This document shows, in pieces, positions 27,754 through 36,777 of a stretch of DNA of 64,000 bases. The DNA comes from an uncultured SAR86 cluster bacterium (GTDB lineage: Bacteria; Pseudomonadota; Gammaproteobacteria; Magnimaribacterales; AG-339-G14), in contig CACOBG010000007.1 of the NCBI GenBank assembly GCA_902625415.1, positions 6,757 to 70,756 on the forward strand. The letters run 5' to 3'. Position numbers and translations under genes: made by a program. Within the stretch, counting starts at the first letter, position 1, and every line of letters starts with the position of its first letter. The notes beneath the pieces were generated by a model. It had not been told where the DNA came from and ran no database searches. It worked only from the letters and a program-made list of their open reading frames with translations.

Positions 27754-29472
27754 ATGAGCGTAGAAGATTCTTTCAAGCCTGGAGTTACTCAAACGGGCCC
27801 CAAGGGACAGTTGGCGCACCCTATAACTTTGGAACACAGTAAGCGTTTAGAAAAAAAGCTTTATAAAGTTGGTGAAAATTCTTGGTCTTTAATTGGTAAT
27901 GGTCTTTCCAATCAATCTTTTGTAGAGGGGCCCGAAGGTTTGATTTGTATCGATACTGGAGAAAGTAATCAGGAAATGGCCGCAGCTTTGAAGGAAGTGA
28001 GAAAGGAAACCCAAGCTCCAGTTGTAGCATGTATCTACACGCATTTTCATTACGTTGGAGGCACGCAAACACTCGTTGACGAAAATAAAAAGTTAGCTAT
28101 TTGGGGACATGATGGTATTCAAGCTAATTTAGATAGATTTGGCGGAGAGGTAGCACCCAGAGTAACGAGAGGATTGGCTCATCAGTTTGCGACTTCCATG
28201 CCACAAGAAGGACCCGATGGCATTGTCAATTTGGGGTTGGGGAACTTTTTTCGTAACCCAGAGCATGCTCCTTTTACTAATGGTTACATTCCACCGAAAC
28301 ATACATTTGTTGAGCCGACAAAAGCAAAAATTGCTGGCTTAAAAGTAGAGTTTTTTCCTGCTCCATCCGATGCAACCGATTCCATTACAATATGGTTTCC
28401 TGATTTAAAGCTGGCTATTAACAACCTTTTGTGGCCAGTTTTATTCAATGTATTTGCCATAAGAGGAGAAGAATATAGAGATCCAAGAATTATGATGAGG
28501 GGCCTTGATCATTTGTCTGATCTTAATGCAGAAAAGCTAATTGGCGCACATGGACCTCCTTTCGAGGGAAAAAAAGAAATAAAGAAAATTATTACTAATT
28601 ATAGAGATTCACTTCAATTTTTATGGGATCAGACCGTTAGATGTGCGAACAAGGGTTTGACCTTAAATGAAACCATAAGCGCTATCAAATTGCCTTCTCA
28701 TTTTAAAGAACACTATACTACTCAACAGTTGTACGGGGTTGTAGAACATCATGTCAGACAGATCTATACGGGACTATTCGGCTGGTTTGACGAAGACGAG
28801 GCTAATCTTTTTCCAATTCCCTCTCCTGAACGTTCTCAAAGACTCATTGCAGGATTTGGAGGAATAGAAAAAGTTAGAACTATAATCGATGATGCTTTAC
28901 GAAATGACGATTATCGCTGGGCTTTAGAACTTTCATCATGGTTGGTTAGGTCAGAGCTAAATAATCACGGAATAGCTGATGCAGGAGAACCTAAAGACAG
29001 AAAACGTCTAGCAGCCGCTTTAAGAGGAATAGCTTATTCGACGTCTGCAGCTAATATCAGGAATTGGTGTATTACGAGAGCATTGGAACTTGATCAAGCT
29101 TTAAACCTGAGCCGTTTTAGGAGTCATCGTTTCAACAAAAGAGAGCTTGAAAGACGTAAAGCTTCTAATTCGCTAAAATTACTAAGAGTATTATTGGTTC
29201 CCGAGAGAACCTCTGAAATAGATTTGAATTTAAAAATAAGCTTTGACGATGGCGAGACCATAACTTATTCAATCAGAAATTCAATTGCATTAGTAAGGAA
29301 GGCTGAAGATTCAGATCTCAGCATTTCATTAAGTAAAGATTCATGGTTTGATGTTTTATGTGGCAAAAAAACTTTATCCGAATTGATGCTTGAGAAAACT
29401 ACGAATACTAAACATGAAAAAGAAATTAAAAAATTCTTTTCATGTTTCGATTTACCAAGCCTTATGAGTTAA
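27754..29472 (+). CDS. Alkylsulfatase-like (SdsA1/BDS1) MBL-fold protein with dimerization and SCP2-like domains
   Basis: IDTG, THFH, IRGEEYRD, YTGLFGWFD, C-terminal SCP2-like region; metal motif atypical. Confidence 0.8.
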   Translation: MSVEDSFKPGVTQTGPKGQLAHPITLEHSKRLEKKLYKVGENSWSLIGNGLSNQSFVEGPEGLICIDTGESNQEMAAALKEVRKETQAPVVACIYTHFHYVGGTQTLVDENKKLAIWGHDGIQANLDRFGGEVAPRVTRGLAHQFATSMPQEGPDGIVNLGLGNFFRNPEHAPFTNGYIPPKHTFVEPTKAKIAGLKVEFFPAPSDATDSITIWFPDLKLAINNLLWPVLFNVFAIRGEEYRDPRIMMRGLDHLSDLNAEKLIGAHGPPFEGKKEIKKIITNYRDSLQFLWDQTVRCANKGLTLNETISAIKLPSHFKEHYTTQQLYGVVEHHVRQIYTGLFGWFDEDEANLFPIPSPERSQRLIAGFGGIEKVRTIIDDALRNDDYRWALELSSWLVRSELNNHGIADAGEPKDRKRLAAALRGIAYSTSAANIRNWCITRALELDQALNLSRFRSHRFNKRELERRKASNSLKLLRVLLVPERTSEIDLNLKISFDDGETITYSIRNSIALVRKAEDSDLSISLSKDSWFDVLCGKKTLSELMLEKTTNTKHEKEIKKFFSCFDLPSLMS

Positions 29473-29475
29473 AAA

Positions 29476-30009
29476 GTGCCAAATAAAATTTTACTTTTTC
29501 TTCTTGTTATATTTTTTGTTCCGCTTTTCAGTGAAGAAATGATTATCGGTAAAAAAACTATTCAACCAGGTATTGAGTTAATTTTCGAGGGCGCACCTAA
29601 AGATACTATTTTTCCAAAAGACTCACATTTAGCTGAAAAGGATACTGATATACACATAGAAATGCTTGCTTATTGGACCGATGATAATAGCGCTTCTGCT
29701 CCAGCTAGAAGCTTTGTCGCCTATCTTAATGTATTGGCAGAAATTAAAAGTAAAAACGGATTTTCAAAAAAGGTTAAATTAACCCCACATCTTAATTTAA
29801 TAGATAACCTGCATTATGCTCAAAATGTAAAGCTTCCAGGCAGAATAGATGATTTATACGACATTACTTTCACAATTTCACCTCCTAAAAAAGAAGATTT
29901 GGGTATTCACTACGATTGGAATTCAAAGTTTGGAGGGTTGATAAAAAAGACTTCTTTTACTTTTAGAAATCTAGATTTTGAAAAAATTGCCCTAAAATCC
30001 AGAAGATAA
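29476..30009 (+). CDS. P19/Tpd/FetP-like periplasmic metal-binding protein
   Basis: Signal peptide; HIE, FVAYL, D..HYAQNVKLPG, GIH; GTG start. Confidence 0.75.
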   Translation: MPNKILLFLLVIFFVPLFSEEMIIGKKTIQPGIELIFEGAPKDTIFPKDSHLAEKDTDIHIEMLAYWTDDNSASAPARSFVAYLNVLAEIKSKNGFSKKVKLTPHLNLIDNLHYAQNVKLPGRIDDLYDITFTISPPKKEDLGIHYDWNSKFGGLIKKTSFTFRNLDFEKIALKSRR

Positions 30010-30010
30010 T

Positions 30011-30181
30011 ATGAAAAGATTAAATCCTGAAACAGGCAAACCTTTTGAAATTGGTGATGAAAGGCCTGCATCAGATATTCAAGACGGAAAAGTTTTTGGG
30101 GGATATTACACCTCAATGTACAAAGAAAGACCAAAAAAAGGTATTTTTTTTGAAGAGTTTTGGGTTGAAAAAACTAATTAA
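30011..30181 (+). CDS. 56-aa hypothetical protein (not in ORF track)
   Basis: MKRLNPETGKPFEIGDERPASDIQDGKVFGGYYTSMYKERPKKGIFFEEFWVEKTN; 1 bp after the upstream stop, 5 bp before the next gene. Confidence 0.78.
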   Translation: MKRLNPETGKPFEIGDERPASDIQDGKVFGGYYTSMYKERPKKGIFFEEFWVEKTN

Positions 30182-30186
30182 GATTC

Positions 30187-30984
30187 ATGAAAATAGAACT
30201 ACACGAAAAAAATAGATCTTTTGCTTGGCAAACAAAGAAACCACCATTTAGCTTCCTTTCTAAAGCTCAAGTTCAGCAATATGATGAACAAGGCTTTTTT
30301 CTACTAAAAGACGCTTTTACGCAGGAAGAAATTAATCAAGTTCTAAATGAAATAGATCCTTTTGAAGAAAAAGTAACAGAAGATTTGCGTCAATATGAAG
30401 ATGGAAAGTTTTTAATTTCAAGAGCTGATGATATTACTTTTACTACGCATTTAGTTTTGTACTCAAAATTTCTCAAAGCATTTGCTAGTCACAGAGTTTT
30501 TAAAGGATTGTGTCAGGACTTAATTGGTGGTGACGTAAGATTATACTGGGATCAAGCAGTGTATAAGAAAGCGGATACACAAGAAGATTTTCCCTGGCAT
30601 CAAGATAACGGCTACACTTTTGTCAACCCTCAAGCTTATTTAACTTGTTGGATTCCTTTAACTGACACTGACGAAACCAATGGTTGTCCATGGGTAATAC
30701 CGAAGCTACATAAAATGGGAACACTTAAACATGAAATCACTGAATTAGGTTACAAAATAAAACTCGATGACTCAGAAGCTATTCCGATTCCAGCTAAAGC
30801 AGGAGATATTGTAGTCTTTTCCTCTTTGACTCCTCATTGCACTGGACCAAACAAAACAGAGTCAGTTAGAAAGTCTTACATTTTGCAATATGCTCCTAAT
30901 GGCGCTGTTAGATATCCTCCTTTTTCTAATAAAGAAGAGGCAAACAATCCTGACAGACAGTTTTTTGTAAATAAAAAATCTTAG
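30187..30984 (+). CDS. Phytanoyl-CoA dioxygenase (PhyH) family Fe(II)/2-oxoglutarate oxygenase
   Basis: PWHQD, TCWIPL, NGCP, PHCTGPN..R. Confidence 0.88.
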   Translation: MKIELHEKNRSFAWQTKKPPFSFLSKAQVQQYDEQGFFLLKDAFTQEEINQVLNEIDPFEEKVTEDLRQYEDGKFLISRADDITFTTHLVLYSKFLKAFASHRVFKGLCQDLIGGDVRLYWDQAVYKKADTQEDFPWHQDNGYTFVNPQAYLTCWIPLTDTDETNGCPWVIPKLHKMGTLKHEITELGYKIKLDDSEAIPIPAKAGDIVVFSSLTPHCTGPNKTESVRKSYILQYAPNGAVRYPPFSNKEEANNPDRQFFVNKKS

Positions 30985-32024
30985 TTTTCTATTAGGCCAA
31001 ACTCTTTGGCACTCTCAGCAGCAGATTTTACAGCCTCTTTAGCAGATCTTGGATTCCAGCCTAATAAATTTCTTGCCTGTGAAGAATCCATACTTCTTTC
31101 TTTGCCTAAGCCCTCAGCAATCATTTTTAAAGCAGGCAGGAAAAGCGCTAGAAACTTAATTAGCCAGTTAGGCGCTACTCTCTTTGGAATTTTGGAAGCA
31201 GATTCTGGAAAGATTTCTGAGAGATACTCATTTTGATCTTTCATGAACATGTTTTCTGCTGAGCAAACAAATCGTTTGCCTGCCGCTTCAGGCTTGGTCA
31301 TCGCTAATAATTCAAGCGAAGCAACATCTCTTACGTCAACTACTCCCATATCCCAATTTGGGACAATCGGATATTTACCATTCATCATATCTAAAATTGC
31401 ACCAACACTTACACCAAAGTCTTCCTCTAAAATTGGGCCAAAAACCATAGCCGGCAAGACCGTAGAGAGTTCCATGCCAGTGGTGTCTTTTTTTATAAAA
31501 TCCCAAGCAGCCTGTTCAGCTAAAGTTTTTGATTTGGCATAAACATTTGTAGTTTTGCTTTCCGGATTAGTCCAATCCTCTTCATTGAAGACGCCTTGTT
31601 TATCTGTGCCATACATAATTGCAGCAACAGAGGAAGTAATAACAACTCTTTTTACTCCTGCTTTTGAAGCAGCTTCTAGAACTCTAAGAGTCCCTTCAAC
31701 AGCAGGCTTAACCATTTCATCCTCATTTTTAGGTAGCTCCATACCAATTGGCGACGCAACATGCAAAACATAATCACATCCTTTGACTGCTTCATCCCAG
31801 CCTTCATCAGATGACAAATTTGCCACTTGCCAATCAACTGAAAGATCTGATTTTCCTTCATGTTTTTCTAAACCAGTTAATAGTATTTGGTTAAGTTTAT
31901 TGGTTCTCGATAAATCTCTTACTGTAGCTTTCACGTTATAACCAGCTGCAGCAAGTTGAATAATGCAATGAGATCCAATAAATCCTGAACCACCTGTGAC
32001 TAATACTGTTTCTTTATTTTCCAT
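30981..32024 (-). CDS. NAD-dependent epimerase/dehydratase-type aldehyde reductase (extended SDR)
   Basis: TGGSGFIG, HVASP, TSS, YAKSK, VDVRD. Confidence 0.88.
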   Translation of the reverse strand: MENKETVLVTGGSGFIGSHCIIQLAAAGYNVKATVRDLSRTNKLNQILLTGLEKHEGKSDLSVDWQVANLSSDEGWDEAVKGCDYVLHVASPIGMELPKNEDEMVKPAVEGTLRVLEAASKAGVKRVVITSSVAAIMYGTDKQGVFNEEDWTNPESKTTNVYAKSKTLAEQAAWDFIKKDTTGMELSTVLPAMVFGPILEEDFGVSVGAILDMMNGKYPIVPNWDMGVVDVRDVASLELLAMTKPEAAGKRFVCSAENMFMKDQNEYLSEIFPESASKIPKRVAPNWLIKFLALFLPALKMIAEGLGKERSMDSSQARNLLGWNPRSAKEAVKSAAESAKEFGLIEN

Positions 32025-32102
32025 ATCTAATCAATAATAAGTTTTAAAAAAATTTTTTGTTATTTAATCTAGAATAACCCATAAAGGAATTTTAAAAAAT
32101 AT

Positions 32103-32360
32103 ATGACTGATAAAGAGTATTGGAAAGCAAATATAAAGCTATTAATTATTCTCTTGTCCATCTGGCTTATGATCTGGTTTGGATTTGGAATAGTTCTTTC
32201 GGATTTTTTAGATCAATTTTCAATAGGTGGATTCAAATTAGGCTTTTGGTTCGCTCAGCAAGGAAGTATCTATGGTTTTGTGATCCTTATTTTTGTTTAT
32301 GTTTTTGCCATGAATCGCATTGAAAAAAAACTTAAGGATAACAAAGAGGATAAGAGTTGA
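32103..32360 (+). CDS. DUF4212 small membrane partner of SSS transporter
   Basis: YWKAN, GFWFAQQGSI. Confidence 0.88.
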   Translation: MTDKEYWKANIKLLIILLSIWLMIWFGFGIVLSDFLDQFSIGGFKLGFWFAQQGSIYGFVILIFVYVFAMNRIEKKLKDNKEDKS

Positions 32361-34105
32361 GCGCCCAAGCATTAACTTATCTTTTTGTAGGACTTTCTTT
32401 TATGCTCTACATCGGCATTGCTATTTGGTCGCGCGCAGAATCTACTAACGATTTTTATGTTGCTGGGAAAGGGGTGAATCCAGTTGCAAATGGAATGGCG
32501 ACTGCAGCCGATTGGATGTCAGCATCATCTTTTATTTCCATGGCAGGCCTGATTTCTTTTCTCGGGAAAGATGGAGCGGTATATTTGATGGGCTGGACTG
32601 GAGGATACGTTTTATTGGCCCTATTGCTAGCGCCTTACTTAAGAAAATTTGGCCAATATACTGTTCCAGATTTTATAGGCACGCGTTATTACTCAAAAAC
32701 TGCCCGACTCGTTGCAGTACTTTGCTTAATTTTTATTTCTTTTACTTATGTTTCAGGACAAATGAGAGGGGTTGGAATAGTCTTTTCAAGATTTTTGGAA
32801 GTCGAGATAAACATTGGAGTTATTATTGGAATGATTGTAGTTTTTTTCTACGCAGTACTCGGTGGAATGAAAGGGATTACCTACACTCAAGTCGCTCAAT
32901 ATTGTGTGATGATTTTTGCCTACCTAGTACCAGCAATATTCATTTCCATTTTGATAACTGGAAATCCTGTACCTCAATTAGGTTTCGGAGATACTTTAGT
33001 TAATAGCTCCACCTATTTATTGGATAAATTAGATCAACTCTCTATTGATCTAGGTTTCAATGCATATACAGAAAGTACCAAGTCAAATATTGATATTTTT
33101 TGTATCACTGCTGCTTTGATGTTTGGCACCGCAGGATTGCCGCATGTAATTGTTAGATTTTTCACTGTGCCAAAAGTCAGTGATGCCAGAAAGTCAGCCG
33201 GATATGCTCTGATATGCATTGCTATTTTGTACACGACCGCACCTGCGGTAGCTGCTTTTTCAAGGGTAAACTTTATTGAATCCATTCAAGAAAAAAGCTA
33301 TCTAGATTCACCAGATTGGTTTAAAAATTGGGAAAATATCGGCCTAATTGCTTGGAAGGATAAAAATGATGACGGATTGATAAATTATTCAGTAGGCAAA
33401 GCATTTGAAGAGGGTCGTCCAGATTTTCTTGACTCAAGAGGGTCACAAGGAGAGCGCGAAATAAAAAATCCTATTACAAAAGATAATGATAACGAGGTTT
33501 ATATTGATCAAGACATTATGGTGTTAGCTAATCCTGAAATTGCAAAATTACCTGCGTGGGTAATGGCGTTAGTAGCTGCTGGAGGTTTAGCAGCTGCCTT
33601 ATCTACAGCAGCTGGTTTGCTTTTAGTAATATCTTCATCGATATCTCATGATTTACTCAAGAAAACCTTTATGCCCAAAATCAATGAAAAACAGGAGCTA
33701 TTTTATGCAAGGTGTTCTGCAGCAATTGCAATTTTCATAGCGGGACTTTTTGGAATCTATCCTCCAGGCTTTGTAGCACAAGTTGTTGCCTTCGCATTTG
33801 GCTTGGCAGCCTCCACAATATTTCCTGCAATATTTTTGGGTATCTTTCTCAAAAGATTAAATAAGGAAGGTGCTATCTTTGGTATGTTAGGCGGTTTGTT
33901 ATTTACTTCTAGTTACATCATCTTTTTCAAATTCATATCTCCAGAATTAAATAATCCTGAAAATTGGCTTTTTGGCATCTCTCCTGAAGGAATTGGTTTT
34001 CTAGGTATGTTTGTGAATTTTATGATTGCTATTTTTGTTTCTGCTTTAACTGCCAAACCACCAATTAAAGTAGAGCAGATGGTTGATAAAATAAGACTGC
34101 CATGA
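32357..34105 (+). CDS. Sodium:solute symporter, ActP-like (monocarboxylate permease family)
   Basis: NGMATAADWMSA, GTAGLPH, AAALSTAAGLL; paired with DUF4212. Confidence 0.9.
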   Translation: MSAQALTYLFVGLSFMLYIGIAIWSRAESTNDFYVAGKGVNPVANGMATAADWMSASSFISMAGLISFLGKDGAVYLMGWTGGYVLLALLLAPYLRKFGQYTVPDFIGTRYYSKTARLVAVLCLIFISFTYVSGQMRGVGIVFSRFLEVEINIGVIIGMIVVFFYAVLGGMKGITYTQVAQYCVMIFAYLVPAIFISILITGNPVPQLGFGDTLVNSSTYLLDKLDQLSIDLGFNAYTESTKSNIDIFCITAALMFGTAGLPHVIVRFFTVPKVSDARKSAGYALICIAILYTTAPAVAAFSRVNFIESIQEKSYLDSPDWFKNWENIGLIAWKDKNDDGLINYSVGKAFEEGRPDFLDSRGSQGEREIKNPITKDNDNEVYIDQDIMVLANPEIAKLPAWVMALVAAGGLAAALSTAAGLLLVISSSISHDLLKKTFMPKINEKQELFYARCSAAIAIFIAGLFGIYPPGFVAQVVAFAFGLAASTIFPAIFLGIFLKRLNKEGAIFGMLGGLLFTSSYIIFFKFISPELNNPENWLFGISPEGIGFLGMFVNFMIAIFVSALTAKPPIKVEQMVDKIRLP

Positions 34106-35274
34106 CTGTAATTAAATATTTTACTCTAATTTCTTTTTTACTAATTTCGCCCTTGTCTTTTTCTGAAAGTCAGGACAAAAATTATCAGGCACGTCTTCAA
34201 GATGTCATAAAGGCAAGAAAGCTCATGGATAGAAAAAGAGAAAGAGATGAGCTTAAAGATCTTGCTCAAGAATTAGCACAAGAGATTTTAATTATCGATA
34301 CTCATATAGATACGCCGATTCAACTTTATATGCAGCAGGATAAAAATGGATCATATGAAGACATCACAAAGGCTTCTTCCTTGCATTTTGATTTCGATAG
34401 AGCTGTAAGTGGAGGGCTAAATGTACCTTTTTTTGTTATCTTTACACCGCCATCTGCAGAAGAAAAAGGTACATCCTTTGAAATGGCTGAAGAACTCATT
34501 CAGATTCTTGAAGATATAATGAATAAAAATCCTAAGAAATTTAGATTGGTGAAATCCCCGGAAGAAATTACAAACGATAAAGATATTATGCAGGTTGTTT
34601 ACGGAATGGAAAATGGCGCTCCAATTGAAAGTAAGCTTTCAAATATAAAATTATTTTCCGATATGGGGATCAATTACATTACTTTGGCACATTCGAAAAG
34701 CAATCATATTTCAGATTCTTCTTATGATGAAAATAAAAATTGGGGAGGATTAAGCCCTTTCGGAAGAGAAGTTGTTGCTGAAATGAACAAGCAAGGAGTA
34801 ATGATAGATATAAGTCATGTGTCTGATGCAGCCTTTTATGAAGTTCTAAGCCTTACAAAGACACCCGTTATTGCTTCTCATAGCTCATTGAGGCATTTCG
34901 TTCCTGGATTTGAGAGAAACGTTTCTGATGACATGTTGCGAGAATTAGCTAAAAACGAAGGCGTCATTCAAATTTGTTTTGGTTCTGAATTCATTGCTGA
35001 GAAACGAAAATACCCAAAACTTGTTGTCACCGTTCAGGATGTTGCTGACCATATAGATCGGGTAAAAAATTTAGTTGGTGTTGATCACGTTGGAATAGGC
35101 TCCGATTACGATGGTTGGCGAAATTTCCCCGTTGGCTTAGAAGACACTTCTACTTACCCAAATCTAATTGAAGAGCTTTTGAAAAGGAATTATTCAAAAG
35201 AGGAAATCAAACAGATCTTCGGAGGTAATTTATTAAGGGTTTGGCGAGAAGTAAAAAAATTCTCGGAGTCTTGA
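34102..35274 (+). CDS. Membrane (renal-type, M19) dipeptidase, secreted
   Basis: Signal peptide; DTHID, GMENG, DISH, SHS, HVGIGSDYDG. Confidence 0.9.
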   Translation: MTVIKYFTLISFLLISPLSFSESQDKNYQARLQDVIKARKLMDRKRERDELKDLAQELAQEILIIDTHIDTPIQLYMQQDKNGSYEDITKASSLHFDFDRAVSGGLNVPFFVIFTPPSAEEKGTSFEMAEELIQILEDIMNKNPKKFRLVKSPEEITNDKDIMQVVYGMENGAPIESKLSNIKLFSDMGINYITLAHSKSNHISDSSYDENKNWGGLSPFGREVVAEMNKQGVMIDISHVSDAAFYEVLSLTKTPVIASHSSLRHFVPGFERNVSDDMLRELAKNEGVIQICFGSEFIAEKRKYPKLVVTVQDVADHIDRVKNLVGVDHVGIGSDYDGWRNFPVGLEDTSTYPNLIEELLKRNYSKEEIKQIFGGNLLRVWREVKKFSES

Positions 35275-35298
35275 TAGAAAAATCTCATTTGCTATATT
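35271..35298 (+). promoter_or_regulatory. Putative sigma70 promoter for the 35334/36037 gene pair
   Basis: TTGATA-16 bp-TATATT with extended -10 TG. Confidence 0.5.
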
Positions 35299-35333
35299 AA
35301 ATTTCCAAAATATTTTTTTTAAGGAGAGAAAAA

Positions 35334-36020
35334 ATGAAAAAACTTTTAATTTTTATTGTAACTTTTGTTGCGAGTACCGCTTATGCAGTTCCAGCAATGA
35401 ATGTTTTTACAATCAATACTTCTGACCCAATGGGTTACATGGAATGGGCGAGAAAAAGCGCTCCAATCACAGCACCTCCGTCAAACGCATCAGCCGCGGG
35501 CGTGTGTTTGTCTACAGCCGGAGCTGAAGAATTTGGTGATATGTACTTTTTCAATCTATTTGATAGCAATGTAGATTCTTTGAGTGGAGACTACTACAGC
35601 CCCGAGATTGCAGCTGAGATTGCGAAGATTGCAAACAAAAGAACTGTCAGAATGGTAGATCATTACACACCAATGGAGCCAGCTGGAGAAGGTTTTGAAG
35701 TAGGGTTAACTTATTCAAATTACAATTTGAATGTCTATACAAAAAATCCTCAAGCATATATGGAAGCTCTCAAAGACTATGAAGCTGCAGCACAAGCTAA
35801 TGGTTTTGAAGATGTTACCTTAAGTGCTTTTCAAATAAATACAGGCGACTATTCAGGTCAAATTTTGGTTGTCACACAAGCACCCAATGCAAAAAGACTT
35901 GGGCAATTTCTGGATGCAAGAAATGAAGCTTGGTCTACTTCTCTAGGAAATAGATTTCCAAAATTAAGGAAACTAAAGAGAGGCATCATGATGAACTGTG
36001 AAGTTGTCTACGTAAGGTAA
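35334..36020 (+). CDS. Secreted hypothetical protein with an internal two-domain repeat (dimeric alpha/beta-barrel-like)
   Basis: Signal peptide AYA; DPMGYME and NPQAYME half-repeats; SD AAGGAG. Confidence 0.8.
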   Translation: MKKLLIFIVTFVASTAYAVPAMNVFTINTSDPMGYMEWARKSAPITAPPSNASAAGVCLSTAGAEEFGDMYFFNLFDSNVDSLSGDYYSPEIAAEIAKIANKRTVRMVDHYTPMEPAGEGFEVGLTYSNYNLNVYTKNPQAYMEALKDYEAAAQANGFEDVTLSAFQINTGDYSGQILVVTQAPNAKRLGQFLDARNEAWSTSLGNRFPKLRKLKRGIMMNCEVVYVR

Positions 36021-36036
36021 TTTAAGGAGAAAAATT

Positions 36037-36777
36037 ATGAAATTTATAAAAATATCTTTACTTGCTACTTTATTGATAAGTACTTCAGCAATTGCGCAAC
36101 AATTTGCAGCGACAGGTATGCATGCGGGCTTTGGAGTTAATTCAGTTAATCCAATGGCTACTTTTCAAAATGTTAGCAAATATATGGAATCAGAAGATTT
36201 TAAAAAATTAGGCATTACTGCTGGCTTATATGCAAACAACGTTAATGGTGCTGATGATACAACTCACCTTATCGAGTTTTATTATCCAGATGCTGCGTCG
36301 TATCAAAAAGCTGTTGATATGGCCACTACTTCATCCGCAGTAGCTAATTTAGTATCAACCGCAGCGCAAAATGGTACGCAAAATACTTATGAATCTGTGT
36401 ACATCAATGTTAGAGAAAAAATCACAGCAGCTGATGTAGAAAAAAATAAGGTTTTTTATGTATGGCGCGTGGAAACTACTGATCTTCCAAGATATCTCCG
36501 TGAGTGGGACAAAATGATTGAAGAAATAGAAGAAGAAGGCATAGCTGGCGATTCTTATGGCATGAAAGTTGCTTTTGCAGGAGCCGTTCACGGTGAAACT
36601 CTATTCGTTTGGGCGGGTTACGAAAATCAGCAACAAATGATTGAACAATTGGCAGTATTTAATGATTCAGAAAGCTTTGCTAATTTTAATAATAGAACTC
36701 AAGGCTTTTCTTCAATAGTTGCTAATGAAATATCAACTCAATTAGCTTTATGGAATGGAGCTCTATACACTGAGTAA
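36037..36777 (+). CDS. Secreted hypothetical protein with an internal two-domain repeat (NIPSNAP/DABB-like)
   Basis: Signal peptide AIA; THLIEFYYPDAA and TLFVWAGYENQQ half-repeats; SD AAGGAG. Confidence 0.8.
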   Translation: MKFIKISLLATLLISTSAIAQQFAATGMHAGFGVNSVNPMATFQNVSKYMESEDFKKLGITAGLYANNVNGADDTTHLIEFYYPDAASYQKAVDMATTSSAVANLVSTAAQNGTQNTYESVYINVREKITAADVEKNKVFYVWRVETTDLPRYLREWDKMIEEIEEEGIAGDSYGMKVAFAGAVHGETLFVWAGYENQQQMIEQLAVFNDSESFANFNNRTQGFSSIVANEISTQLALWNGALYTE

